A DNA stretch of 64,000 bases. It comes from Candidatus Thorarchaeota archaeon (GTDB lineage: Archaea > Asgardarchaeota > Thorarchaeia > Thorarchaeales > Thorarchaeaceae). The notes under the pieces are model-generated. The model made no database searches. It worked only from the letters and a program-made list of their open reading frames with translations, and was not told where the DNA came from. A program made the translations under genes and the position numbers. Positions 28,503 through 37,646 of this stretch are shown piece after piece. Positions within the stretch are counted from its first letter, which is position 1. Each line of letters begins with the position of its first letter. Location: contig JAFGAR010000088.1 in assembly GCA_016933575.1 (NCBI GenBank), positions 32,001 through 96,000 of the forward strand, written 5' to 3'.

Positions 28503-29834
28503 ATGAGAGCGGATGGAAAAATAAAGATCGCACTACTACTTGCGATTGTACTTGCTGTGGGTGTTCTAGGAAATCCAGTAATTAGTTCCAATATTGAACC
28601 ACAACTATTGGAAGACCAGAATGGATTTTCCACTGCGTACACTCCACATGCGGCAATCATAATTCACAGTAATACTGAGATGGTCGCTCGGGCAACAACA
28701 GAATCATGGCCAGGTGATGGTTCAGCAGGAAATCCCTATGTAATAACGGGATATTATTTCTATGACACAACACATTCACTTGAGATATATGATACTAGTC
28801 TCTACTGGGTGTTTACTGGCAATGAGGTGAATGGTTCAGGTGATCCAACTGTCTGGTGTGGAATAGCAATCGATAATGCTACAAATGGCATAATCTCGAA
28901 TAACCTGTTCCATAACAGGTATCGAGGTGTCTGGCTGGATGATGTGACCAATGTCAACATAACTGGAAATATAATACAAAACAATCATCTCCATGGAATA
29001 GAATGTGTTGGATTCATCAACGGTTGTCTGATATCAGAAAACACTGTGACACGATGTGAAGGAGCTGGAATTCGTTCAGTCATAGCTACAGACTGCATTA
29101 TCTCAGACAATGTGATATACGAAAATGACTTGAGTGGAATTCAGGTCGTAGGAAGCTCAACTAGATGTGAGATAAATAATAATGAAATTAATTTGATGGG
29201 AAGCATGGGTATCCAACTTGGCCCTTCAACATCAGTTTCTATCAAACACAACCAAATCAGTAACACATCAGGTGCAGGTATGTATCTACAAGGATCTGAT
29301 GGTATTGAAATCTACAATAACACAATAGAGCATTGCGATGATGATGGGATGAAGCTTACCACATGTGAAAGAGGGTTGGTTCACGAGAATACTATTACAT
29401 CATGTGATGGTATTGGTATCTACATCGTTTCAGGAGAGAACTCAACATTCAAACTCAACCATATTGAAGGCGTAACTGAGTATGGAATCAAGACTGGAGT
29501 AGCTGCCATGAACATGACCATAACACGAAATGCATTCATCAATAATGGTGGAACTGCGCAGGTCTATGATGATGGTGAGAACAATGTATACATCTATAAT
29601 TACTACGATGATTGGACATCCCCAGATGTAGACGCAGACCAAATCGTAGATGTGCCCTATGTAATGGATGGAGATGCTGATAATGAGGACCCATATCCTC
29701 TCACTGAATCGCCAACAGGAACAAATCCAAGTGGCGGAGAGAGCTTCTCGATACCAATAGATGTTCTATTGATTGTAAGTGGCGGAGTTGCACTTGTGAT
29801 TGTAATGGTAGTTCTTGTAAAGAAGAGATGTTGA
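28503..29834 (+). CDS. Secreted right-handed parallel beta-helix (NosD-like) protein with a C-terminal membrane anchor
   Basis: Signal peptide, WPGDGS..NPYVI, repeated I..N.I....GI, D.YPL, C-terminal TM plus KKR. Confidence 0.85.
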   Translation: MRADGKIKIALLLAIVLAVGVLGNPVISSNIEPQLLEDQNGFSTAYTPHAAIIIHSNTEMVARATTESWPGDGSAGNPYVITGYYFYDTTHSLEIYDTSLYWVFTGNEVNGSGDPTVWCGIAIDNATNGIISNNLFHNRYRGVWLDDVTNVNITGNIIQNNHLHGIECVGFINGCLISENTVTRCEGAGIRSVIATDCIISDNVIYENDLSGIQVVGSSTRCEINNNEINLMGSMGIQLGPSTSVSIKHNQISNTSGAGMYLQGSDGIEIYNNTIEHCDDDGMKLTTCERGLVHENTITSCDGIGIYIVSGENSTFKLNHIEGVTEYGIKTGVAAMNMTITRNAFINNGGTAQVYDDGENNVYIYNYYDDWTSPDVDADQIVDVPYVMDGDADNEDPYPLTESPTGTNPSGGESFSIPIDVLLIVSGGVALVIVMVVLVKKRC

Positions 29835-29852
29835 AGAACATGTGATTACAAA

Positions 29853-29894
29853 GCGGAGTCATGATTCGCCCCATGATTCCGCGGTTCTTTTTTT
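29853..29894 (+). terminator. Hairpin followed by a T tract
   Basis: GCGGAGTCATG...CATGATTCCGC followed by a T run. Confidence 0.65.
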
Positions 29895-30028
29895 ATCTGT
29901 AATAAGATGAGTTTCCATTAATAGTTGTCAATCACAGATTATTGAGGAATATCGGAGCTAGCATCAATTTTAAAACGGCATCACGTCGCCATCACTTCTG
30001 AATTCATTTGATTTAGTGGTGAAACTAA

Positions 30029-30469
30029 ATGTCAGATGTCGCAGCAATGAGGTCCTTCAATCGTGAACTCGCAGCGGTTGTAGGCGCAACAATAGAAGTT
30101 TCAACAAAAGATGGAAAGACCTACCAAGGCACTCTCAAGGGAATTGATCAAAACACCCTGAGCATTATTCTATCTGATGTTGTTGCAGTAGGAGAGAGTG
30201 GAAACATTCCCAAGATTTTCATCTATGGTAGTAGTATTGTTTCATTCTCAGTGGCTCAAAAAGAGGTCAGTCTTGAGGGATTAGCTAAAGAACTCGAGAA
30301 GACATTTCCTCCTGGTGGTGTGAATTTCTATCCTGAAACGGGAGGTGGCGTGATCGTCGTCATGAACAAAATAAGGATCACACCAGAGGGTGTTGACGGG
30401 TCAGGTCCACTCTATGAGAGAGTGCGTGAGATTGCTGAGGATTGGCTTAGAGATAGAGGATTGATATAG
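30029..30469 (+). CDS. Sm-like (Lsm) protein with C-terminal domain (SmAP3-type)
   Basis: Sm1 motif GKTYQGTLKGIDQ..LSIIL, Sm2 motif IFIYGSSI, plus an extra C-terminal domain. Confidence 0.85.
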   Translation: MSDVAAMRSFNRELAAVVGATIEVSTKDGKTYQGTLKGIDQNTLSIILSDVVAVGESGNIPKIFIYGSSIVSFSVAQKEVSLEGLAKELEKTFPPGGVNFYPETGGGVIVVMNKIRITPEGVDGSGPLYERVREIAEDWLRDRGLI

Positions 30470-30887
30470 AAATAAGTCAAAGATGAATTTCCAGTTTCTT
30501 TCTCATTATATTAGTGGATACTGGAAATACTGTTCAAATATCCGACTGCGACACCTGATATTTGCTGACTTTCTTCAATTCAAGTAGGACTCTATGGTAT
30601 CTGTGTTGTTGGGACTCAATCCACGATTGAACTTTCAATCTTTTCTTAACATCATCAGGAGGTGCTTGAATAGCTACAATCATAGCTCCATCTCGTGTCT
30701 TTGTTCTTGCTCTCCAAAGAACAGAAACACGACCAGTCCCCGGGTAGTACCATATCTCAGTAGGAGATGAAACTGATTCGACACCTAGATTGTAGAAAGT
30801 CCTTCTCAGTCTAAACTAGAAAATACTAGGTCTATTGCTGCAACTACGTATTTAGAACAGACTCATATCACTAACTGACAATGAAAA

Positions 30888-32144
30888 CTAGAGAAGGCGA
30901 CGAAGGCCTAATTCATCCAGGTCTTTCTTCTTCTCAAGTTCTTTGTGTTTTCTACCACCGAGAGTCCGCTCTAGAGGCTTGAGTCTATCTTCCCAAGAAC
31001 CTCGTGGCGAATCTGGTATCTTCCCAAATGCCTTTGCTCTTGCCTGAACTGAACCAAGTGACGTGGTCTGTGAACCTATTACGCCAAATTCTGCAAGACG
31101 CTTTGTTGCTACTGATATTCCAGATTCTTCTTTTGATCGCGGGAGCAATTGAGGACTCTTCACTCCAGTGAGAATAAGCATGACCCGCAATACACCGCCC
31201 AGACGAGGATCGACTCGAGCCCCCCAGATAACATTTGCATCAAGACTCATCTTCTCGGAAACCAGTTCACCGACCTTATTAGCCTCAGCGAGGCTCATGT
31301 CCGGGCCTCCAGTGATGTGAATCAATGCACCTGTGGCCCCACTCCACTCTACTTCTAGGAGGGGGCTGTTCAACGCGTTCTTTATCGCTGCGTGTGCTCG
31401 GTCTTGGCCAGTGGCCTCACCAAGTCCGACAAGGGCTACACCACCATTGCAGATAATTGAGCGAACGTCAGCATAATCCAAATTGATCAGGCTAGGCATA
31501 GTAATGGTTTCAGTGATGCCTTTGACCATATTGGCAAGGACTTCATCAGCTACACCAAATGCTTCCTCTATGGGTAGATCTGGAACAAGTTGCATGAGCT
31601 TCTGGTTATCAATGACTACAGCTGTGTCAACATTCTCTTGAAGACGAGCAAGACCAGCTTTTGCCTTATCGATACGAGTTCGTTCAAGACTGAAAGGCAT
31701 TGTAACAACACCAACCACAATTGCATCGTTGTTTTTCGCAATCTCTGCCACAACTGGTGCACTCCCTGTTCCTGTACCACCGCCCATACCTGCTGCAATA
31801 AAGACTAGGTCAGCATCGCGGAGTAATTCGGTCAATTGCCCTGTGGATTCCTCAGCTGCAGCTTTCCCAACATGAGGGTAGCCCCCGGCTCCTAGTCCTC
31901 GGGTAATTCGTTCTCCAATCAATAGTTTCCTGTGTGCTGTGGTAACAGCAAGATGTTGTCTATCTGTATTGATTGCAATACATTCAGCGCCTTGAACACC
32001 GATCGTCATTAACCGCTTTACTGTATTATTACCTGCACCACCACAACCGACTACGACTATACGAGCTTGCCCTACATCGCGCATTGTTGAAGACCCTCTC
32101 TCAATTTGGCTATGTTCTCGTGCAGAGTCAATGAACGACCTCAT
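30888..32144 (-). CDS. ftsZ: Cell division GTPase FtsZ (FtsZ2-like by context)
   Basis: [20 protein letters not shown] and T7 loop INLDYAD motifs. Confidence 0.96.
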   Translation of the reverse strand: MRSFIDSAREHSQIERGSSTMRDVGQARIVVVGCGGAGNNTVKRLMTIGVQGAECIAINTDRQHLAVTTAHRKLLIGERITRGLGAGGYPHVGKAAAEESTGQLTELLRDADLVFIAAGMGGGTGTGSAPVVAEIAKNNDAIVVGVVTMPFSLERTRIDKAKAGLARLQENVDTAVVIDNQKLMQLVPDLPIEEAFGVADEVLANMVKGITETITMPSLINLDYADVRSIICNGGVALVGLGEATGQDRAHAAIKNALNSPLLEVEWSGATGALIHITGGPDMSLAEANKVGELVSEKMSLDANVIWGARVDPRLGGVLRVMLILTGVKSPQLLPRSKEESGISVATKRLAEFGVIGSQTTSLGSVQARAKAFGKIPDSPRGSWEDRLKPLERTLGGRKHKELEKKKDLDELGLRRLL

Positions 32145-32326
32145 TATCCTATGACCTCACTCATTCTTTCTTTTTGATACATGTTCTGGTCCCATAGCTC
32201 TCGCTTCAGGAGGTCTCGGATAGCAATTCGGATTGCCTCTGAACGATTGGGATAGAGACCTTTGTCAACCAGTTGTTGAATATCAATTACAATCCGATCT
32301 GGTAAGTGCACAGCTATGAGACGCAT
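32144..32326 (-). CDS. cdrS: Ribbon-helix-helix regulator, CdrS-like
   Basis: G.YPNRSEAIR.AIRDLL; stop overlaps the ftsZ start, as in the archaeal cdrS-ftsZ2 operon. Confidence 0.85.
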   Translation of the reverse strand: MRLIAVHLPDRIVIDIQQLVDKGLYPNRSEAIRIAIRDLLKRELWDQNMYQKERMSEVIG

Positions 32327-32364
32327 ATCTAGTCCTCTATGATAGCCGGGAAGTATGGGGATAT

Positions 32365-32379
32365 GTATTTGTGTAATAC
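32365..32379. promoter_or_regulatory. Palindrome GTATT-N5-AATAC upstream of cdrS (candidate operator)
   Basis: GTATTTGTGTAATAC about 40 bp upstream of the start codon. Confidence 0.4.
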
Positions 32380-32542
32380 CTTGATTCAGCTGATTGCAAT
32401 TGATTTTTTGTAGTTATTTGCACGAATCAAGTATCTCGATATGCGTGATTTAAAAATACAGAAACTCGAATCTGTTGCTTCTGACCCTAATATATATAGC
32501 TAAAAAAGGATTCAACAATGTTATGGTTAACTGACTCTTCAC

Positions 32543-35500
32543 TTAGCTATATTCAGTATTGGGCTGATCAAACTCTCGTTCTTCATCCCAATCCTCTTCA
32601 AACGCCTCATCAATCTCCTCAACTTCTGAGGACTCCAACTCTTCAATATGCCCAATGATAGCATTTTCAAGTTTCGAGTAGTCTGAGAGAATATGCACCA
32701 ACCTAAGATTCACAAGAGCCTCTGCATCAATCGAGAGATTGTATCTTGAGTTAGAATCAATATCGACAAACTGACCGCATTCTGCTAATAACGCCACATC
32801 GAATATTCCCATATCCTCATTCTCTAATTCAGAAACTCTCTGATTCTCTTTCAACCCATCCAGATGTATCTTCAGATACTTCTTGAAACCACGTTCTTTT
32901 TTCTGTTCATCCACACTGATTCGGAGGATGATATCGCCGCCCACACTTGTTTCCAAGAACTCCTCGCATGTTGAGGGTACTGCAATATTGTCAGAGAAGA
33001 ATGTTGAACGATGAATGAGGGGCTTGAGCACAGAGAGATCGTAGAACTCGCGTTTTCCTTCCTTGTTCTTAACCATCATTTCGTCATAATCGACATCTTT
33101 CAGGGGATCCCACTTGAGGTATGTTCCTTCACGAGTCGCAAAATACTCTCCAGTTCTCTGTGGATATCTGAGAAATCGGATCACCTCGTCGGTGTAGGGA
33201 GTTTCCTTTCTTGCAATCAGCTTAGATCCCTCAAGCAGGTTGATTCTGTAGACTCTCTTCTCGAGATTGATGGTAAGAAGACATGAAACCTCTCTGATGA
33301 CTCCAGCCCATTCAACAGCCTCACGTAACACCCTATCACACTGTGCACGAACGTTCGAGGGAAGTGATGATGGCCTGTACCCATGGAGAGCAAGGAGGGT
33401 TTCAGGCAAAGGTTCTGACAACCGTATCCATCGTACTGGCAGGCTCTTCTCCTTTGGAGGGTTTCCATACTCGAATACTCCAGCAAACGTCCATTCTTTG
33501 CCATCCTCTCCTTCACTCTTTATGTAAAGCACCTGTTGCCGGCTCACTTCGAGAAGGATAATGGGCAGTTCATCCCATCCCTCTCTTGATAGTGCAGTGG
33601 TCGCTTCAGCCTTAGTCTGTTCAGGGTCAATCACACAACGGTACCAACTATAAGGAAGGTATGCACTCATCTGACCTTCAACTAGCCCTCCGTACATAGT
33701 GTTCTTCAAGGATGGAAACAACAACCAGATGGGTCCTCCCTCACTCCCTTCTCGCCATAGCAGTTGTCCGAATCGTTCTATAAATCTCGGTCTACCTGAT
33801 GATGTCATCTTCTTCATCTGCTTCGCCCTCCATTGGAGATTCTTGTGTATTGCCTGAAAGTCGTATCGATATTCAAAGTCGTTATCATCCTCCGGTCTAA
33901 AGCCCATCTGGTGGAATTGCCATCTAGCAACAGCAGACCATAAGTCAATGCAAGATGGTGACTCTACATCTCTGAAGATATTTTCCGCTACCGAAAGTAC
34001 TGCGAGAAAGAGGTTCATCCCATAGATCTCTAGAAGCTCGACATTGTGACTCTGAGCAAGTCTGAGAGATCTCTGATTGTCTAAGTTTAATAGGCTTCCA
34101 AGACTCAGCCGAGTATTTGATAGGAGCCTCCAGAGAAGCCTGGGTTCAGTTCTTCGTAGTAGTGCATCTTTCACTTGAGTCAAAGTATTGAGTAGAATTT
34201 CATCATCACATGATTGATAATCATTGCATTCACAGATGCTGATGATATCTTGATACAATGAAAAGAGCGAGTTGCGCAACGATGTTCTATCCATCAGAAA
34301 GGTTGCAGCATAGAGCAGTCTATGAATCTCTCTTCTTCTCGTATTGGTGGTATCGATATGTGATGATTTCGTAGAATAATTGAGAGGAGGTCTACGAGTG
34401 ATAGTGACTTGCTGTTCATGCTGTTCATCATGCTCTTTGTGAATCCAGCCCCTTGTAATTCGATCAGCACCAACATGGATTCCTTGATGGCATTTTCCAA
34501 GTCTGTTTGGATGAGGTGGCGGTTGCATCAGGTCAAGATGCAACCTACTGGTCAGACTTGGCTGAGTCCTCATACTATCCACAGGATGGTAAGCTGTTTT
34601 CCAATCCTCACTGACATCATCTATCTCAATTTCATTTGTCTGCTCTAGTCTTGGTCTACACAGACTAGGTATCAGACTGGCTGCTCTCTCTTTGATTGTA
34701 TTCAGGCTCTCTCTACCAATCATGTTGCATCGAACCTGAATTGAGGCGCTATGAAACGATCTTCCGTACATGTCCTGTTGTTGGTTCAAAGCTCCAGATT
34801 GTTTACCCACTTCGACATTGAAACTCTGTGTTGCCGCCGCACTGAATTTGCGAGTCCAGCCTCTGAGATGTGGAACACAAATCACAGTTGTCCATGGTTG
34901 GTTATCTATAGGGAGGTCCTGAACGATGACTCGACTCTCATCATATTGGGGGGTTAACCATCCCATCTCTCGCGGAACTGTGGGAAGATTCCAGATTATC
35001 TCATCTACAAGTTGTCTTCGCGGCGAATTATAGTACAGAGGATTCACACACGGTCGCTGGTAGGTCTTGTTCATCTCAGGATGATTCACACCACTATCGA
35101 CCCATATCAATTCAGAGGCAAAGTCCTTCAAGATTTGGAGTAGTGACAATTCAAGTATCTGCAGACTATTTCTACGACCAACAGGTACCATACTCTCAAG
35201 GTCTGGCCAACCATCTACAATGATAATTCGTTCTCCGGATTCTTTGAGGAACATAGACTTGATTCTAGCATGGAAATCCTTCAGTCCTGAAGACCCATTG
35301 GCAAAAATCAGATTATCTGTTTCTTTTTGGAGGTCTATAAAATGTACGCGCTTGAGAACGCCGCTGAGTCTGATATACTCCAACTGACTGATTAGTCCTC
35401 TCTTTCGGAGATTACCAAGTCCGAATCTCATATTGACAAGTTTCTCAGTCGAATAGTCACCAAGAAAATCCATCCAGAAGAGAGATGGACTAGAAGTTAC

Positions 35501-37390
35501 AGTTTCTGCTAATTCAGCGAGATGATTCAACAGGTGCCAGTTTTTAGCCAGCCATGCGGCACTCTTGCCAGAGGTTGTTGGTGAAGAAACAGAGATGTAT
35601 TGAGTAAAGAAGAAACCATCCTCTACTCGTTCTGCAAAAGGGTCTTCATTTTGTGCGTTCTTGGTGGGGACAATGCTTCTCAGGAGATGCTCAGGACCTT
35701 GAGCTGGTGTCATTGTGATAGCGATGCGCGGTACTGTTCCATTAATAGTCGTACACTCAAACTTGAGTGTCTTCCATTGACCACGAAATTCTCCTTCCAT
35801 TAGCTTCGTGGCCAGTTGGTCGATGAGTTGGTCAAAAGCCTTCTTCGTTACTTTAAAGCCCTGGAATGTGTCAAGAGTTACAACTCCCTTCCAGACACGT
35901 TTTGGTGCCAGCGGATTGTTGACAAGGGTATTGAATTCGGTAAGTAGTATTCGCTCGTATTCATCTAACTGGTCAAGATGGGACTTTGGAGGTTTGGAAC
36001 CTAATACTGCATTCCATTCAGAATCCGTAAGACGCTCTTTCCAGGAATGGAGTACTGGAACGTAGACGTCCTTCTTCCTAGTTCGAGGTTTCATTCCATA
36101 GATATTGAAGTTGAATCCTCCTTTCGTCTTTACTTCAAGAATCATAACAGGAGTCCAGATGTACTGCCCTGCACCTCTCAATATTCGTGCAAAAAGTACA
36201 AGATCTATCTTTCCAGCTCCCTGATCCCCAACGACAGGAACCTCCGCCAGATATTGTATTCCAGACGGATTCTGCAGAAATTCATCGCCTGCAAAGACAA
36301 CCTCTCTCAGAGATTTTGGGTGGCAGAACCCTGAGAGGAGCACTCTGTGCCAGTCATTCCCTTCTCTTTGTGTCTTCTTTGTAATCTCTTCGAAGAATTT
36401 TGAGGTTTCTTTACCTGTGATAATTCCATTTCGAATATGACCAAGGACAACCTCACCCCGCTCTCTGACATATTCCTCTTCTGAAGACTCCAGAGTCGTT
36501 TCGACTCTCTTTTTTAGAAATTCAACATCAAGGCCTGTTGGAGGAGTCTCTATTTGCTTGCTAATGCTCTCACTTATTCCACTCTTATCACCGAAATGAG
36601 TCCTGATTTCAAGTACAATCTTGCTAAGTTCTTTATCCGCATCAGGATGGAAGTTCTTTCGACCAACTTTACCTTGTGTGTAGACCCAATCGAGGAATGG
36701 TATGAGCCTATGAATCAGTAACCGGATATATCTATGACACTCGCGGCGAGGAACAGTGTGGATGAAGCATTGCCGACAGAGCTCTATGAGGTGCGCGCGA
36801 ATCATGTCAGCAAAGTCGAGGACGGGAAGGGTCGGATGCGCAAGGAGAACGCGCGGATTTTTTGAATTCCCTCGGTACCCTGCCTTCTGGTGAATTTTTA
36901 CACCCCTCTCCAGTGGTATTCTATCAGCTACACCCTCGGGAATGATATCTACTCGACCATCTCTGTATTTTCTTATCTGGTAGAGGTCTGGGTCTGGAAA
37001 ATAGTATCGAGGGACTAACACATCTCGTAACAGAGAACCCATATAGTTGAGGAGTTCATTAAGTGGCCCAACGGTCCCCTCTCTCCAGTTGTAAACCCGT
37101 TTGAACTCCTTGTTACCGTATCGTTTTGTACTGTACCAGAGCATCTGAAGGTACAATCTTCTCAGAACAGACTCTCTATTCTGTATGGAAGAGAAGTCAT
37201 ATGAGCCCTGTTCTCTGCAAGACGCCCATTCAGTACGCGCAACTTCCCAGTTGCACCTGATCTGTTCATAGAAAACGTTCGTCAGGTCGTTCTTTCTTTT
37301 GTAGGAAAGCCTGACTAAGGCTGATAGTCCTGAGTATATTGCATCTGCCAGAACCTCATTCGGTCGGATTTCTTGGACTTTTCGCCCCAA
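32543..37390 (-). CDS. Large protein (1615 aa) with a RecB/Cas4-like PD-(D/E)XK nuclease domain and a putative P-loop region
   Basis: GNDWH...AEVPV...GKIDLV...ILEVKT...QLDEY, then SSPTTSGKS and RIIIVDG. Confidence 0.75.
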   Translation of the reverse strand: MGRKVQEIRPNEVLADAIYSGLSALVRLSYKRKNDLTNVFYEQIRCNWEVARTEWASCREQGSYDFSSIQNRESVLRRLYLQMLWYSTKRYGNKEFKRVYNWREGTVGPLNELLNYMGSLLRDVLVPRYYFPDPDLYQIRKYRDGRVDIIPEGVADRIPLERGVKIHQKAGYRGNSKNPRVLLAHPTLPVLDFADMIRAHLIELCRQCFIHTVPRRECHRYIRLLIHRLIPFLDWVYTQGKVGRKNFHPDADKELSKIVLEIRTHFGDKSGISESISKQIETPPTGLDVEFLKKRVETTLESSEEEYVRERGEVVLGHIRNGIITGKETSKFFEEITKKTQREGNDWHRVLLSGFCHPKSLREVVFAGDEFLQNPSGIQYLAEVPVVGDQGAGKIDLVLFARILRGAGQYIWTPVMILEVKTKGGFNFNIYGMKPRTRKKDVYVPVLHSWKERLTDSEWNAVLGSKPPKSHLDQLDEYERILLTEFNTLVNNPLAPKRVWKGVVTLDTFQGFKVTKKAFDQLIDQLATKLMEGEFRGQWKTLKFECTTINGTVPRIAITMTPAQGPEHLLRSIVPTKNAQNEDPFAERVEDGFFFTQYISVSSPTTSGKSAAWLAKNWHLLNHLAELAETVTSSPSLFWMDFLGDYSTEKLVNMRFGLGNLRKRGLISQLEYIRLSGVLKRVHFIDLQKETDNLIFANGSSGLKDFHARIKSMFLKESGERIIIVDGWPDLESMVPVGRRNSLQILELSLLQILKDFASELIWVDSGVNHPEMNKTYQRPCVNPLYYNSPRRQLVDEIIWNLPTVPREMGWLTPQYDESRVIVQDLPIDNQPWTTVICVPHLRGWTRKFSAAATQSFNVEVGKQSGALNQQQDMYGRSFHSASIQVRCNMIGRESLNTIKERAASLIPSLCRPRLEQTNEIEIDDVSEDWKTAYHPVDSMRTQPSLTSRLHLDLMQPPPHPNRLGKCHQGIHVGADRITRGWIHKEHDEQHEQQVTITRRPPLNYSTKSSHIDTTNTRRREIHRLLYAATFLMDRTSLRNSLFSLYQDIISICECNDYQSCDDEILLNTLTQVKDALLRRTEPRLLWRLLSNTRLSLGSLLNLDNQRSLRLAQSHNVELLEIYGMNLFLAVLSVAENIFRDVESPSCIDLWSAVARWQFHQMGFRPEDDNDFEYRYDFQAIHKNLQWRAKQMKKMTSSGRPRFIERFGQLLWREGSEGGPIWLLFPSLKNTMYGGLVEGQMSAYLPYSWYRCVIDPEQTKAEATTALSREGWDELPIILLEVSRQQVLYIKSEGEDGKEWTFAGVFEYGNPPKEKSLPVRWIRLSEPLPETLLALHGYRPSSLPSNVRAQCDRVLREAVEWAGVIREVSCLLTINLEKRVYRINLLEGSKLIARKETPYTDEVIRFLRYPQRTGEYFATREGTYLKWDPLKDVDYDEMMVKNKEGKREFYDLSVLKPLIHRSTFFSDNIAVPSTCEEFLETSVGGDIILRISVDEQKKERGFKKYLKIHLDGLKENQRVSELENEDMGIFDVALLAECGQFVDIDSNSRYNLSIDAEALVNLRLVHILSDYSKLENAIIGHIEELESSEVEEIDEAFEEDWDEEREFDQPNTEYS

Positions 37391-37646
37391 GCAGACTCCT
37401 CGGGGGCAATTTCATAATTTTATTTATAAGTAATTCTATCTTAATTGGAATTCTTTTTTTATAATATAAAGTTCTCATAATACCTTTTTTGAAATTTTAA
37501 GCAATAATAGAATTTTTGTTTAATAAGTTTATATAACTTGAATATGATACTAATACGAGTTCAAAAGACTCCTTCAGAACAAGAAAGGGAGTGAACTTGA
37601 CTGGCTCAGAAACGGGTCAGAAGTTTATATAACGTAGGCGAATGCG

